From positions 32,001 through 96,000 of the forward strand of contig DASXQR010000146.1 in NCBI GenBank assembly GCA_036507075.1: a stretch of DNA of 64,000 bases, read 5' to 3'. The stretch is from Acidobacteriota bacterium (lineage in GTDB: Bacteria > Acidobacteriota > UBA6911 > JACQSX01). This document shows positions 62,667-64,000 of this stretch, piece by piece. The notes beneath the pieces were generated by a model. The model worked only from the letters and a program-made list of their open reading frames with translations. It was not told the DNA's origin and made no database searches. Both the position numbers and the translations under genes were made by a program. Numbering within the stretch: the stretch's first letter is position 1; each line of letters opens with the position of its first letter.

Positions 62667-64000
62667 TTACTTCTCCAATGTAAGGCCGATCCGCTCGCTG
62701 GCAACGGAGGCTCCCTGGCGAACTGTCGCCTTGACTTCATAGCGCCCTGATTCAAACTTGTCGAGCGGGATAGTGGCTACAAAGGGAATACGCCCCAGGG
62801 AATTTGGCGGGGGCAGGTCTGGGGATCCGCGCCCGGCAGTCTGACCGTCCTTCAGAAATTCAAGCGTGAGCTCCGGCTTGGGCGCGCCGGAATGAGCGTA
62901 GATCACAAAATAAAGGGCCAGCGGTCCGTTGGGCGCCGGGCGGAATATGTCGCCGATGTTTGGCACAACCTTTCCGTCCTCGAACCTGAATGGATCGTCT
63001 GGATTCGTTTGCCCCGCGGCAATCGGATCAATCCTTTTGACAACGGCCAGGCTGCTCAAGGCCAATTCCTTGCTGACTTCGGGCACGATCAGGATCGAGC
63101 GACGCACGCTGGCCTTGTTCGATTCCCGGTCGAGAACCACCGTCTCGAGTGTGTAGCGCCCGGGAGAAACCTGAAAGGTGCGCATCAAAACATAGTTGCG
63201 ACTTTTCACATCATCGATCTTCTCCAGCGGTCCCTGCAGAGGAGAATCCTGCGTGATCTTCTCGACTACCGCTCCGTCGCGATCGCGCACCAATGCGAGC
63301 ACCGAGAATCTCGCGCGATAGGTCTTCTTGTCCGCTTGGGGGGTAAGCTGGAAGCTGGAAATCGGGACCTCGACGATCAGTGAGTGGCGGACGCCTTCGC
63401 TCTCGGGCTCGAAGCGAAATGTGGCGGCGCGATAATCAAAATCGCGCGAAGGCGTTGTCGAACCCAACAGCGCCAGCATCGGCATCTCGAAGGGCAGCAC
63501 ATTCCCGACGCTCGGCGGGAGCGCAAAATAACCGTTGCGCGCCTGCAGGGTCACATTCGGACGTGAGATTTTGACCGATATAGATCGGAACTTGCCGTTG
63601 TAGTCCTTGTTCTGCGACGTGTAAGCCAGCTCGTAATGGGTTCGCAGATCTTCTTCCACCCGCTGGATCCCGGGCCGCAAGTCATTGGTATTGGCGATCA
63701 GCAGGCCGCCGGTGCTTCGCGCGAGGTCCGCGAGCGGCTCCTGTGTATTCATGGTCGTGCTCGCCTCGGCGGTGTCGCTGAGCTTGGCTTCCTCGGCTGT
63801 GACAGGCCGGCCGGACGACTGCATCTGTCCCGCGCTGGTACGCGCCGCCCTGCCGAGCATTTGCTGCCCTTCCTGTCCCAGCAGTGTGGAATTCAAGCCC
63901 CGGGCGTCGATGGCATAAACGCTGACATTGGCGCGGTTCGCTTCGCTGATGGTGGCGCGATACAACTCGGCGACAGGAGGAGGCACCCGCAGACCTTCGG
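62667..64000 (-). CDS. Acidobacterial VWFA-related protein, C-terminal part (5' end outside the window)
   Basis: (S)EGL at the edge, ANRANVSVYAIDARGL, LA..TGG....TNDL, YELAY...DG.FR.I.V. Confidence 0.88.
   Translation of the reverse strand, partial: EGLRVPPPVAELYRATISEANRANVSVYAIDARGLNSTLLGQEGQQMLGRAARTSAGQMQSSGRPVTAEEAKLSDTAEASTTMNTQEPLADLARSTGGLLIANTNDLRPGIQRVEEDLRTHYELAYTSQNKDYNGKFRSISVKISRPNVTLQARNGYFALPPSVGNVLPFEMPMLALLGSTTPSRDFDYRAATFRFEPESEGVRHSLIVEVPISSFQLTPQADKKTYRARFSVLALVRDRDGAVVEKITQDSPLQGPLEKIDDVKSRNYVLMRTFQVSPGRYTLETVVLDRESNKASVRRSILIVPEVSKELALSSLAVVKRIDPIAAGQTNPDDPFRFEDGKVVPNIGDIFRPAPNGPLALYFVIYAHSGAPKPELTLEFLKDGQTAGRGSPDLPPPNSLGRIPFVATIPLDKFESGRYEVKATVRQGASVASERIGLTLEK

Noticed and set aside
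47246..63918. Long opposite-strand ORFs such as 47246-48454, 56023-57051, 57258-58226 and 60012-60914
   Set aside because: High-GC antisense shadows of well-supported genes

Overview
Bacterial chromosomal window, most likely from an Acidobacterium, judging by the PadR plus ADOP permease pair, the acidobacterial VWA protein and the TPR/CRTAC1 clusters. About 1-47.1 kb is accessory DNA built by tandem island accretion. It holds four orphan tRNA 3' halves on the + strand (Val-TAC at 30246 and 47050, Leu-TAA at 35574, Pro-TGG at 46700), which look like attachment-site scars. Island A runs from left of the window to 30290. Its mobility core is a large serine recombinase, RadC, an XRE HTH, a degenerate RuvC-like protein, a Dam-like methylase, a wHTH-TPR regulator, a coupling-type ATPase, a replication-relaxation protein, an excisionase and a tyrosine integrase. 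Its defence-like cargo is a MORC/GHKL ATPase (missed by the ORF track), a caspase-Ski2/Hel308 helicase fusion, a TerY-P-like vWA/PP2C/kinase triad whose vWA is fused to a PIN/NYN RNase and whose kinase spans the membrane, a LabA/NYN protein and a PD-(D/E)xK nuclease. Island B (30291-47094) has no integrase. It carries a CxxC/RAPP leader ORF ahead of a frameshifted TonB receptor, a group II intron relic, ArdC and PadR fragments, ppsA, an acyl-CoA synthetase/ACP/acyltransferase with a hexanucleotide VNTR, vapBC and a secreted NHL protein. The right 17 kb looks like core genome. Best novel-system candidates: the caspase-helicase fusion and the RNase-armed, membrane-linked TerY-P variant. All family calls are from motif recognition by eye; no database search was run.
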